In this document: in pieces, positions 52,755 through 64,000 of the stretch
How the letters are laid out: each line of letters opens with the position of its first letter
Position numbering within the stretch: the first letter of the stretch is position 1
Assembly: GCA_964016885.1 (NCBI GenBank)
Contig: OZ024740.1
Span: 385,516,001 to 385,580,000 of the forward strand
DNA: 64,000 bases
Direction of reading: 5' to 3'
From: Eledone cirrhosa
Lineage: Eukaryota
Program-made: the position numbers and the translations under genes
Notes under the pieces: model-generated
Database searches by the model: none
What the model was told of the DNA's origin: nothing
The model's input: only the letters and a program-made list of their open reading frames with translations

Positions 52755-53240
52755 TATTGGATAAAACAAGTAACCTCTATGAACTTGATCCGACCACCCA
52801 CAGCCAATTACTAGATAGGTTCATACCACATATAACACTATCAATGATGAGGCTACATACATCACCACTACCATGAGAGTATAGAATAAATTAGAATGTT
52901 TAGTGAAGAATGAGGCTTACATAACAATTAAAGAACATATGGAGGACTTTATGGCTCACCCTACATGTAGTCTCATTAACTCTGCCAAAACAAAATTAGT
53001 TCTAATTAGTAAAAACTTACTCTAAACTTTAAATAGGAATATTAAAAAACATTAAGCTAAACCAAGGGGAACATAGTCAATTATACTAAATTGGGTTACT
53101 CTTTTTAAGCACGCAGATTGAGCTACATTCACTCAATTTAATATTGTGGACTTTTACCATTGATATCCAGTGAATTACTCAATAAAGCAGTGAACTTCAC
53201 CATTAGATTTATATATATGTTATATATATATATATATATG

Positions 53241-53299
<59 letters not shown>

Positions 53300-54269
53300 G
53301 TGTGTGTATGTGTGTACACATGATATATATGTTTGGACAGATAGAAAATACTAGAGTTCAAATCTACTTTTGAAATTTAGAAAATGTTCTTTATATATGA
53401 TACATCAGATGCAAGAAACTATGACAGTATTTCATTCTTTGCATACATAATGCTGCTTTGTTCTGAATATTTATTTATTCTTATATCATATAGAAGGAGG
53501 GTAAATGACCTTTGTCTTAAATAAATATTTGATTTATTTATCTCAATCATTCTTAAGAAATTCTTGAAGAATTATTTTGGTCTGATAAATTTATTAGTGT
53601 GTAGTAAAAGTTATATTCTGAAAGAATGGGACAGAAAAAAGAATTGCTGAATAACAATTTTTTTTTTTTTTTGTCCCGTTCTTTTAATCTTCAGTTAAGA
53701 ATACAGAAACAATGGTTATCAGATTCTTTATGAAGAAATTTTGCTATATCTACATATTTCATTATCATATTTTTTAAAGATTTAAAATCTCTTAATATTT
53801 TGTTTTATGGATGTATATTGTGTATGTGTGTATGATTGTAATTACAAATTTGTTTGGATTATTTTTGAACGGGAAGTGATACAGTAAAGATTCTATTTAA
53901 AATTTGCTTTCATATCAAACAAAAAACAAAAAAAAAAACAAATACGTTTTGTATGTATGTATGTGTATGTACGTGTGTGTGTGCATCTGTATGCATGTAT
54001 GTATTTGTTTGTGTGTATTTGTGTATCAGTTGTAAATTACTTAAGGCAGAAATGAAGTATTCATTATGTCGTATAAACTGTCTCTATGTCTTGTCTGGGT
54101 TATCAAAATATATGCCATTTCTCTTTCTTCATTAAATATCCATATTCATTATAAATCTTTTTTTTCTTCCTGAATGTGGGAAGGGTTGTATCCTTAATCT
54201 AGAAAATTTCTTAAATCTAAATTTTCATGTTTATATTGAAAAAAAAAACAAAAAAAAAAAACGAAATTA

Positions 54270-55707
54270 CAAATTTATGTTCAATAAGTAATTGTTTCTA
54301 CTTTTGGCACAATTACCCAGTACATTACTGGTACTTAATTTTATCGACCCCGTAAGGATGAAAGGCAAAGTTAACCTCGGCGGGATTTGAACTCAGAATG
54401 GCAAGGGCCGTAACTCTATGCGTCAAAGCATGGCGTCCGACCCGCTACCAATACTGCCAATTCACCGAAGTAATAAGAACATTTCGGGAGTGAAGTTATT
54501 AATTTTCTTAAGCTTACAAAACTTAGTCTCCTTCAAAATAATGCCTTCCTGCATCTACACACTTGTGCAGGTGTCTTCCCCATTCTTGGAAGACCGCCTT
54601 CAAGTCCTTTTTCTGCAGTCCCACCAGGAAATTTGCTGATGCCTCCTTCAATTCCTGTGCTGACTCAAATCTGATTCCCCTGAGGCTATCATTCATGGGT
54701 AGGAACAGGAAAAAGTCACCAGTAGCCAGGTTAGTGCTGTAGTGTGGGTGTTGTACTACATTCAATCCCTTGTTGGTCATCCAGATGGCCACCAGCATTT
54801 ACTTGTGGTATAGGGGAGTGTCCTGGTGGAATTACCATGCTCCACTGCTCCCCTCTCTTCATTCTCACTCTGAACCGTTTCAGAACTCTAATTGGGGGTT
54901 TGGTCCTCGGGAACCCATTCAACATGAATTAGCCCCTGAGAGTCAAAGAAAGGAATAACCGTGACCTGCTTATCTTTGCCTTCTTGAGCCTGAAAGAGGG
55001 CATGTGCTTCTATTGGGCACTCTGACATTTACTCTCATGATCATAGGTCAATACCCAACTCTTGTCAAAACTTTATTCAAGAAATCAGAATCAGCTTCTG
55101 TGCAACATGTCAGTACAACATTCCATACGAAACTACCTCTGGTTTTTTTGAGAGAATCTTTGGTACACATTTAACACAGACTTTGTGGAGCTCCATATCT
55201 TTAGTCAGAATTGTCTCCACTGTTACAATACTAATACAACAGCTTTAGATATCTACACATTTGCTTGACAGTCTCACATCACTAACCTTCGCACTTCCTC
55301 AATGTTGTTTTCCTCCTTTTGTGTGCTGTTCAGTACTCCAGATCTGTGTTCATCCTCAACCTTTTCATTTCCTTCAGGAAAACGTTTAAACAGTCTGTAG
55401 AAACTTGCTTTGCTTATAAATTCACCATCATACGCTTCTTGTTTGATTTCCTTAAATTTAACACATTTAATGACATGATGTTGTTCCATAGTTTCCTTTT
55501 ATCTTACCACATGTTGACAGATCAGCAAATCAGATCACATTGGTTCCACCATGTATATTGCTGTGCTCCAGCCTAGGAAGATGGGATGTTGCCAGTTAGT
55601 CATTTTATTCATTATATGTAAGTCTGCTTCACCATGAAGTAGCATTCTCATTGAATGATATTAATACCTCTCCTGAAGTTTTCTCATTACTTATTGAACA
55701 TACCTTG
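54270..55707 (-). mobile_element. Decayed mariner transposon
   Basis: HTH-like MEQHHVIK...FYRLFKRF.EG.E.VEDEHRSG and HPHYSTNLATGDFFLF (YSPDLAP motif); TA TSDs; about 39-bp imperfect TIRs once the SINE is removed. Confidence 0.88.
54293..54467 (-). mobile_element. tRNA-derived SINE inserted in the mariner TIR
   Basis: TSD AAGTAAT at 54286-54292 and 54468-54474. Confidence 0.92.
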
Positions 55708-57045
55708 TATATGAATATATTTTATCTATGTATGAATCTGTGTATGTTTCAATCATGTTTATGGTACTGAAGATGGCTGCTTTCATTGACATTAAAGTCT
55801 TTCCATTTTATTTTCTCATGAAACATAATATTGCTATTATGGTTACAGGTCACACCTGTGTAGGTTTAGTTGGTCTCTGATGAAGTTTCATTTCTTGAGT
55901 GTTCTAATGAAAGGGACCCCAGTCCTATCATAATGTTGCCTTTGGTTAATACATGAGGGGAAGCTTGTTGTTGTTTAACTCTGTCAGTTCTGATTAAGTA
56001 GATGCAATCAGATGCATCCCAGTTATTACCACCTTAATCTTTTCTATATCAGAGACAATGTGTGTTGCCTTTTTTAAAATTTATTTAAGATGACAATGTA
56101 ATTTTAGGGAGGTTTAGATGCTATTTCTAGTTGATTTTATGGGTCAGGGTTAGATATAACTTGGTTCACTATAGGTGGTGATTTTATGATATTGATAATC
56201 AGGATGCCTTTGCTATATATGATATTCAGCTTGCTCACAGTTTTTGCTTTTTGAGTGGTGAAAAACAACAAATAGGACTCACTTCCATGCACACTCACAC
56301 ATAGTAGAAGATAGATTGATATATTATATTTATAGTATAGTTTGTTAGAGTGACATATATATCATATATATATAAATATACACACATACATATATACACA
56401 CACACATATATATGTGTGTGTGTCCAACCCATACCAGCATGGAAAAATTGATGTTAAATGATGATGATGATAATGATACATTGAGTTGCTTACTCCAATG
56501 TCAGAAGAATGAAATCCTATTTCTATTGCTGACATTGTAGATAAACATTTTGAGAGGTTAAAGTTTACATAAAATTCTTAAGTCATTTACTGGCTATTTT
56601 CCCAGAGGTGTTGCATTTGTCTATGTGTTTGGCTCTGATTCAACTATATCATATATTGGTGTGAACCAACAGATAGCACATTTTCCTATTGTTGTGAGAA
56701 AGCGTGTAGGATAAACTAGTTGAATTGTAGTTAATTGTGGTGTTCATCTGCCCTCGTTAACTCTTCTTTATTTATTTTTTATTTTACACTTTTGGTGGTG
56801 TGCATCTCTAAACAGAAAAGGCATTTACTTTCTAAACGTTAGATAGTCAGTAGTTGAACAAATGATAATAATGTTTTCTAACTTTGGCACAAAGCTTCAG
56901 ATTTGTCAAGAAAGAAGTCGATATCATTTAAATCAATCCTAGTATATAGCTGTTACTTATTATTCAATGGAGCGTAGAAATAAATTGGCAAAGATGGCAT
57001 CAATAATATTTGTAATCTGAAGTGAAAGATGCAGAAGAAAATAAT

Positions 57046-57430
57046 TGTTTCTACTTTTGGCACAAGGCCAGCAATTACCCAGTACATTACTGGTACTTTA
57101 TTTTATCGACCCCGTAAGAATGAAAGGCAAAGTTGACTTCGGTGGGATTTGAACTCAGAATGGAAAGGGCCGTAACTCTATGCATCAAAGCATGACGTCC
57201 GGCCCTCTACCGATACTGCCAATCCACCGAAAATAATTGTTTCTACTTTAGGCACAAGGCCAGCACTTACCCAGTGCATTACTGGTACTTTATTTTATTG
57301 ACCCCGTAAGGATGAAAAGCAAAGTCAACCTCGGTGGGATTTGAACTCGGACCATAAAGGGACGTAACTATGCTGGAAAGCATGGCATCCGACCCTCTAC
57401 CTATACTGCCAATCTACCGCCCTTTCCACC
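57046..57430 (-). mobile_element. Two tandem SINE copies inside an older SINE-like remnant
   Basis: Copies 57046..57229 and 57238..57430 are bounded and separated by AAAATAAT; older remnant at about 56865-57037 and 57440-57487. Confidence 0.9.
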
Positions 57431-57972
57431 AAAAATAATGTAAAGTATTTAGTGCTGTGCTTCACTGTTTCAAAACTTCTCCACCGCTTTAGATATTTTC
57501 ATGTCAGTCTCCAGTGATTGAGGCCATTGTTCTTGATTCAATTTTATAGTTCTGCTAACCCTTGAAATACATCTTAAGAGCTACTTGACTGACTTGGAAA
57601 GATTAAGGGGACAATATATATTTATTCTGTAGGAAAAGGAAGTGTCCCCATTGTTATTAGGGTCAGGCAAATACAGAAAAGGAAGCATCAAATTTTACTA
57701 CTATTCATCTTTCAGCATTTAAATATCTGAATTGTGTAGATTAGGTGTAATTGCCTGATGACATTTAGTTAACAAATTATATTTTGGTTTTATTTTTCTT
57801 TATTAATTAGTCACAAAAGTGTGTTTGTATTCTGAGTTCATATCCTTTGAAAACTCTCTCTGATTGGCACATTGAGAAGCTGAGGTTAAATTAGTACAGT
57901 TAATTTTGTATTTGAGTTCTTATAGACTAACATTTATAAGACAATTGAACTGATCTATTTTCAATATATATA

Positions 57973-58420
57973 TCATCATCATTATCATTTAATCTCCATT
58001 TTCCATGCTTGCTTGTGTTAGAGAAGTTGTCACATGAAGAAAATTCAGGTCAGGTGACCATGTCTTGCTCATACAGCTTGGTTTCTACAGCAGCATGCCT
58101 TTCCTAAGGCCAACTTCGTTACAGTGTGGACTGGGTGCTTTTTCTCATGGCACTGAAATAACCACTTAACAGGGTAGACTGTATGCATTTTGTCATGTCA
58201 CCAGCACAAACCACCTTACAGGGGGAATGGTTGTTTTTTATCATGGCACCAGCATGACCACCTTATAGGGTGGACTGGACGCTTTTTGATGTGTCACCAG
58301 CATGACCACTTTACTGGGTGGACTGAGTACATATTCTTGTCACCATCAGAACCACTTTACTGAATAGACTGGGTGTTTTTGTTGTTGCTGGCACTTGATC
58401 AGCATACAGGGTAGACGGTG
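57973..58420 (-). mobile_element. RTE 3' tail with expanded ~50-bp minisatellite
   Basis: catcatcat tail followed by about 6 degenerate units of accactttac.gggtggactgg.tg.ttttt..catg.caccagca. Confidence 0.65.
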
Positions 58421-58487
58421 TGTTTATACATACACACGGGTGTACAAACACACACAAATGCATGCACAAACACACACACACACACAC

Positions 58488-59238
58488 AAACTCCATACAA
58501 TGTACACAATGTAAATCTTTGGTACACAAAAGATGTAGTGAGATAATAGAGGAAAAAAGAACTTTGCTTGTAGAAGATGCTCAGGAGAAATCGAGAGGAA
58601 GAGTACTAATGATATAAAACTTTTCCAGTCACAAGAAGGATTTATAGACGTGGTTGATAGCTTCTGCTATCTAGGTGGCCTAATTAGCAGTGGAGGAGGG
58701 TGCACTGAGAATATGATAGCTAGAATAGGATGGATGAAGTTTAGAGAATTACTCCCACTGCTGACAACAAAAGGTTTCTCCCTACATAAAAAAAGGAAGG
58801 CTGTATGATGCCTATGTATGCTGCATGGTAGTGAAACATGGGCTGTGACTGCAGAGGACATGCGTAGGCTGGAGAGAAATGAAGCAACCATGCTTCATTG
58901 GATGTGCAAATAAATATAAGAGAAAGGCAAAGCTTGGACGAGCTGAAAGAGAACCTGGGTTTAAGGGGAATCCGAGATTGTGTGCAGGAGAGATTGCATT
59001 GTTATGGACATGTGATGCACATGGACAATGATTGAGCAGTGAAGAAATACCAGGAAAACCTAATGGTAGGAAGCTGCAATAGAGGACGACCAAGAAAGAC
59101 CTGGGCAGGTGGTGACCTCAAATCGCTAACGCTGGCAGAGAAGATGAGGAAGGAACGCAACAAGTGGATAGATGCTGTGCTGTGAAGGACCTGTTGAACC
59201 CATGCAAGCATACAGAAGCGGACATAAAAAGGATGATG
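58488..59238 (+). mobile_element. Decayed third PHD-RTE copy
   Basis: NSIQCTQCKSLVHKRCS, VDSFCYLG.LISSGGGC, MLHGSETWAV, GRPRKTW, and a family tail. Confidence 0.85.
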
Positions 59239-59569
59239 TGGATATTGTTTCTTGCTTATGTTTCTGATATTTTTACAGAATTTTATATAATAATGTCATT
59301 ATTCTTTTTCTTTCTTGAAAAATCGATTGCATCATCTTCAATGTAATAGCAACTAATCTTCATTGCCAAATTTAAATGGTGATATAGTTTGACCAGACAG
59401 TGTATCTAGAATTAAATACAGGCCTTTTTTGTAGAAGAGTGTAATTTGAAGGATATTTGGTTGCAAAGAGGCTGCTTAATTACCTTCTGTGATTGTTGGT
59501 TGAGCTGTAGGTGAGCTAGAAAAGGAGTTCCAGAAAGATGTAGTTTTTTTTTTAAATAATTAAACTGTT

Positions 59570-60430
59570 CCAATTACTGAGGGAACTCCTTGTTAAGCCT
59601 CTCCAGTATACTCTATTCTAAGTTTCTGGCAAAGAGATGCAGGGAGATTGTTGAGTCCAAGCTAGCTGATGAGCAGTGCAATTTTTGCCCCAGACACAGC
59701 ACAACCAACCAATGGGTCTTCAAGAAACCATGCGAGCATTGCCAAGGCATACTCTTGTTTTGTAAAACTATAAAAGGCATATGACCGCATTCCTCAGGAA
59801 CTGCTGTGGAAGGTTCTGCAGGAGTATGGACTGATGGTCAGTTTCTCCCCATCCTGATGTCTCTCTAAGAATGCCTGAGTATGTGTGTTCGGATAAATGG
59901 TGCTAAATCAAAACCATTCAATGTGGGAGTCGTATTCTGCCATGGGTGCATACTGTCACCTCTCTCCTGTTCATTATTTTCATGAACAGGATTAACGTGT
60001 GCAGCCAGGTTGGAAGTGGTTGCAGATGACATGGTGTTACTTAACTCACCAGAAGGTGATCTCTGACTTGCACTCTATAGGTTTGGTGCCAAGTGCTGCA
60101 TGGCTGCAATGAAAATCTGCTGCTAAAACTGAGCTACTCATCTTCTTAAAGAAGACTGCACATTGTACTCTATAAGTGAATGGAGTGCATGGCTTGGAGA
60201 TCAGAGAGTCACTCCAAGTTTAAGCTGCTACTTTTCCGAATTGAGAGATTACAGCTCCAATACTATGGTCATGCCTCAGGAAAGAATTGCTAGACAGATT
60301 TTACAGTTAAAACCAACTGGAAAGAGACCCAGGAGTAGACACCAAGCAAGATGGTTGGATGGCTGGGATCAGTTGGAGACAATTGTTTCTGACTGAACCC
60401 GCTGGAAGGAGTGTTTGAGGATTCTGCTGC
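59570..60430 (+). mobile_element. Decayed RTE (BovB/Expander-like) fragment with internal deletions
   Basis: LLSL...KRCREIVESKLADEQCNFCPRHSTTNQ, ADDMVLL and MPQERIARQILQLKPTGKRPRSRHQARWLD. Confidence 0.75.
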
Positions 60431-61247
60431 CACAACCATTTCAGTAATAAGTGGGGGAAGAAGATGAAGAATTAAACTTGAACAGAGCATGAGTAGATAG
60501 GTAGGTGGGGATCTTTCCCAAAGTAAACACGAGGAATGAACACAATCATAGTAAGGTTAGGAGAAATTGGAGAACACAGTTTAATCGTATTAAGTTAATG
60601 TTTGTACAATATTGACTGAAAGTTTAACTACTGTGTTTTTCTTTTAACTTTCTTAATGGCAGGAGATAAATTAAATAGTCCTAATAAAACTATTTGGAGC
60701 AAAAGTTTGACAATTGGTTGTACTTCTCTGTAAGCTACCTTATATTGGACTGTTACTTTTCATACAAAGTTACCTTTCATTCAATAGAAAAGGTTTTTGA
60801 AAAATGACCAAATTACTTTACTTCAAAAGTTTCTTGCGCGTGTGTGTTTTTTATTTTTTATGCTGCCTCCTTTGAAAAATTATTCGTAATATTTTGTGCA
60901 ATAATATTATAGATATTTTCAAGAATTATAACAGAATTACTTAAGTACCCACCTGTTTGAGACTGTTTGTATAACCTATATCAGCATATTGCCAGCTAAT
61001 ATAATTATTATGAATCTATATTCTGAACTTTCACCAATTCAACTGGGTGCAAAGTTAAGATACTGAACTGTTTATTATAAAATTTTACAGATCATACATT
61101 GAAATTGCCAATTTGATGTTGGTGTAAATATAATTATTTAGGCTCTAGTCAACTGTAATTAAGTAAACTTATGATCAAAAACATTCCATGCGTGGCCTTT
61201 TTTAATTTTTGAAGTGCATTTAGGACTACATTATCTAACATGTCCAT

Positions 61248-61431
61248 GGTGGTGAATTGGCAGTATTGGTAGAGGGTCGGACGCCATGCTTTGCAGCACA
61301 GTTACGTCCCTTTATGGACTGAGTTCAAATCCTGCCGAGGTTAACTTTGCCTTTCATCCTTATGGGGTCGATAAAATAAAGTACCAGTAAGGCACTGGGT
61401 AATTGCTGGCCTTGTGCCAAAAGTAGAAACA
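61248..61431 (+). mobile_element. tRNA-derived SINE with 18-bp TSD
   Basis: ATTATCTAACATGTCCAT at 61230-61247 and 61432-61449. Confidence 0.95.
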
Positions 61432-61600
61432 ATTATCTAACATGTCCATTCATTATTTAAGTTGGTATGGCACAATTTGAAGGAGATTTGGCATTTATTT
61501 CCATCAGGTTTAGTAACATCTGGGAGGATTTTTTTTATATATGTAAAGCTTCGAAATTAACCACATTACTTCATTTGACACCACCAAAAACAATACATAC

Positions 61601-61656
61601 CATTTCCATGTCATAAAAACAATGGAGAGACAAAGAAAGAAAGAACTGATGTGGTG
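61601..61656 (-). other. Candidate exon (56 nt, or the 3' part of a first exon)
   Basis: Branch-like CTAAC with acceptor atcacatttctccag|, donor G|gtatgt. Confidence 0.35.
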
Positions 61657-61797
61657 CTGGAGAAATGTGATTGTTAGAAAGACGAAAGAAAAGAGATGAA
61701 ATAAGTGAAAGTAAGAACATTCTCCCTTGTCTTGAAGAACACTGAATCTTGACTGTAGTACCACTCCCAACTTCTGTCTTCCTTCTCCTTCCTCCAC

Positions 61798-61970
61798 GGA
61801 GACAAAGAGAGAGAGGGAGAGGGAGACAGACAGACAGACAGGAAGAGAGTGAGAGAGAGAGGGTGAGATAGATAGGAACAGAGAGAGAGAGAGAGGGGGG
61901 AGGACAGACTGGAACAGAGAGAGGGGGAGGAAGGGACAGGGAGAGAGGGAGGGAGGAAGAAAGAGAGACA
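61798..61970. repeat. GA-rich polypurine tract
   Basis: Direct inspection. Confidence 0.9.
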
Positions 61971-62135
61971 GCTTTCATTCCACAGAAAATTTCATAACGC
62001 TTCTTAAGATCATAATTCTTTTATATTTGTTTGAAAACCTTTTCTTTTTTTATTTCAAACCACAAATTAACAATTATTAATTACTATATTTTAATTAGCA
62101 TATTTATGAATGGAAAATATCAACTCCAAAATAAT

Positions 62136-62258
62136 GAGTGTAATAAATATAGAGAGAGAGAGAGTGAGTGTAATAGATATAGAGAGAGTGAGTGTAATAG
62201 ATATAGAGAGAGAATGAGTGTAATAGATATAGAGAGAGAGTGAGTGTAATAAATATAT
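62136..62258. repeat. About 26-bp tandem repeat gagtgtaatagatatagagagaga, about 5 copies
   Basis: Direct inspection. Confidence 0.9.
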
Positions 62259-63127
62259 AGTTAGAAAGAGAGAAGGTTGCAGGGAAGAGGAGGAGGAAAA
62301 AGTTAGGAAGTTTTACCGTTTATCTTATTTTACTCGTTGGACTTATTTGATGTCAATCGATGTTAAGTTAAATCTCAATTACTTTAATCTATCGATTGAT
62401 TTCTTAAACAAAGATACCTACTTCCATGGCTCTACTAAGTTATTTAAAATAAAAATTTATAGAATTATTCAACTAAGAAATGAATACAAGAGGTTCAACC
62501 CATTTCTGGCTCTCAGCACACTGAGTTCAAATTCTGTCAAAGTTGACGAAATGAAATACCAGTCCAAGGTAGTGGATTATCAGAATTGTTAGTGTCAAAT
62601 AAGATATCATGTAGTAATTGGTCCAGCTTTAGTTGTTCAGAGTTCTTGGTCGGTACACTTAAACCATCATATTCAGGCCAGGTCTTTGGTTTGAGGATAA
62701 CTTCTTTGCTCCCTCTGACCAGTCTTGAGAAAGTAGAGTCATGGACACATCCCTTCCCTCTCTGACCAAACAGTAAAAAGAAGTGATATTTAAGAAGATT
62801 AAAAAGACTGAAGCCAGAAAGTAACAATATTTTTTTTAAGTTTCTAGTCAGGAATTGTACTATTTCTTCATTTTCCTTGTTTCAAGACATGTAAGTTATA
62901 TTAAAGTTGTAAACATAAGAGGAATACTAATTTACACAGTTTTAAATATCTTTGTTTTGAGTAGCATATCTGTTTGACATTTAATTTAAAAATACTATTT
63001 TGATAATTATTCAAAAACAAAGGCTTATTTAACTAAGCTATCGTTTTCATTCTTTTTTTTTTTACCACTCCTGAAATTAAATGCCTTTTTTGCTACTGTT
63101 AACTTATTTATCATGAGATGTTATGCA

Positions 63128-63169
63128 ATAATAATAATAATAATGACAATAACAGCAAAACAACAATAT

Positions 63170-63200
<31 letters not shown>

Positions 63201-63222
63201 AACAATAATAATAGTAATAATA
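63128..63222. repeat. (AAT)n microsatellite
   Basis: Direct inspection. Confidence 0.9.
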
Positions 63223-64000
63223 TTACATTTTAATTCAGTTTTACTGAAGCAAGTCATGAAATTCAAAAGTTGAAATTAAATATATATGTATGTGTGTATT
63301 ATTATTAGAAAGAAAGAATGAATTATTATTACAGAATTATTATTACATATACAATTCCATTTTTTTTCTCTTGGTAACAAGTTTTCATTTTCTAAAGAAA
63401 AAAAATTACTTTTTAAAATTTAATCATTTTTTCCTTTAATTTTATTTAATCAAAGATATCACATTTGATATCTAAGTTTTTCCCATGTTAGATCCTACAT
63501 AGATGTGTGAGCATGTGTGTGAACACATTTACTTTGTTTCTCTTGCATTGTAAATTAATTTCAGACCCAATTGCTCAAATTATATTAGCTGTATTCATTT
63601 TACCAAACACAAACACACACTATGATTTAGTTTCCTTTTTCATTAACAAATGTGGTTCAGTAGATCTTGTTAAAAAATAAAATGCAACATCTACAAAACA
63701 AATGCTTGTATAGAATTTAGATGTCTTCTGTGCCTGTTCATCTTATAACCAACTTCTTTTTGATGTGAGATAGTACTAATTTGATATTCAATATTTTCTT
63801 TCTTTCATTTTTGCGATAAAGGATTTTTGTTTTGTCTTTGATAAATTTTTGTTAAAGAAATTTTTATTTTTTTACCTTTGGGCTTTCATTCGTCAATAAT
63901 AGAATAAATAAAAAGTAAATTAAATTAAATAAAAGTTAATAAAGAATTGAATTTGATGTAAAGTAATATTTTTTTATGAGGATAAGTAAAATTCCAAGTT

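Larger units (their letters stand above)
51683..53207 (+). mobile_element. Penelope-like (Naiad-type) RT remnant split by a Helitron
   Basis: Left: KSNKYPPKVNGLASFESDLINLVANITF...FQNKL. Right: DKTSNLYEL...AYITIKEHMEDFMAHPTCSLINSAKT...ISK...FTQFNIVDFY...ISSELLNKAVNF. Confidence 0.75.

Noticed and set aside
55870-55930. Hammerhead from CTGATGA...GAAA (also near 31790, 31898 and 57755)
   Set aside because: Stems I-III cannot be formed convincingly.

Overview
AT-rich, microsatellite-dense eukaryotic DNA, probably intergenic or intronic. The repeat content (RTE LINEs with (GAT)n tails, tRNA-derived Meta-like and CORE SINEs, long (TA)n arrays) resembles octopus/coleoid cephalopod genomes; this assignment is an inference. 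I recognise no host protein-coding gene, and the long YIYI/RERE ORFs are microsatellite artefacts. The window holds many nested mobile elements: 5'-truncated CR1-group and RTE LINEs (one RTE family has a PHD finger inside its RT), remnants of R4/Dong, HERO-like, CRE and Penelope-like (Naiad-type) retroelements, a decayed mariner, two non-autonomous Helitrons, TTAA MITEs and about 15 SINEs. The most unusual signal is a set of fold-back inverted duplications built on or around structured motifs, mostly in TA-rich microsatellite: hammerhead-ribozyme-like motifs (4.2, 39.7 and 40.5-40.9 kb), a tRNA-like D-arm (32.2 kb) and a Helitron-like terminal hairpin (12.45 kb). A chain of well-formed minus-strand splice sites (61.6 to 45.7 kb) may mark a lncRNA or small-ORF transcript. 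Family assignments come from motif recognition by eye, not database searches.
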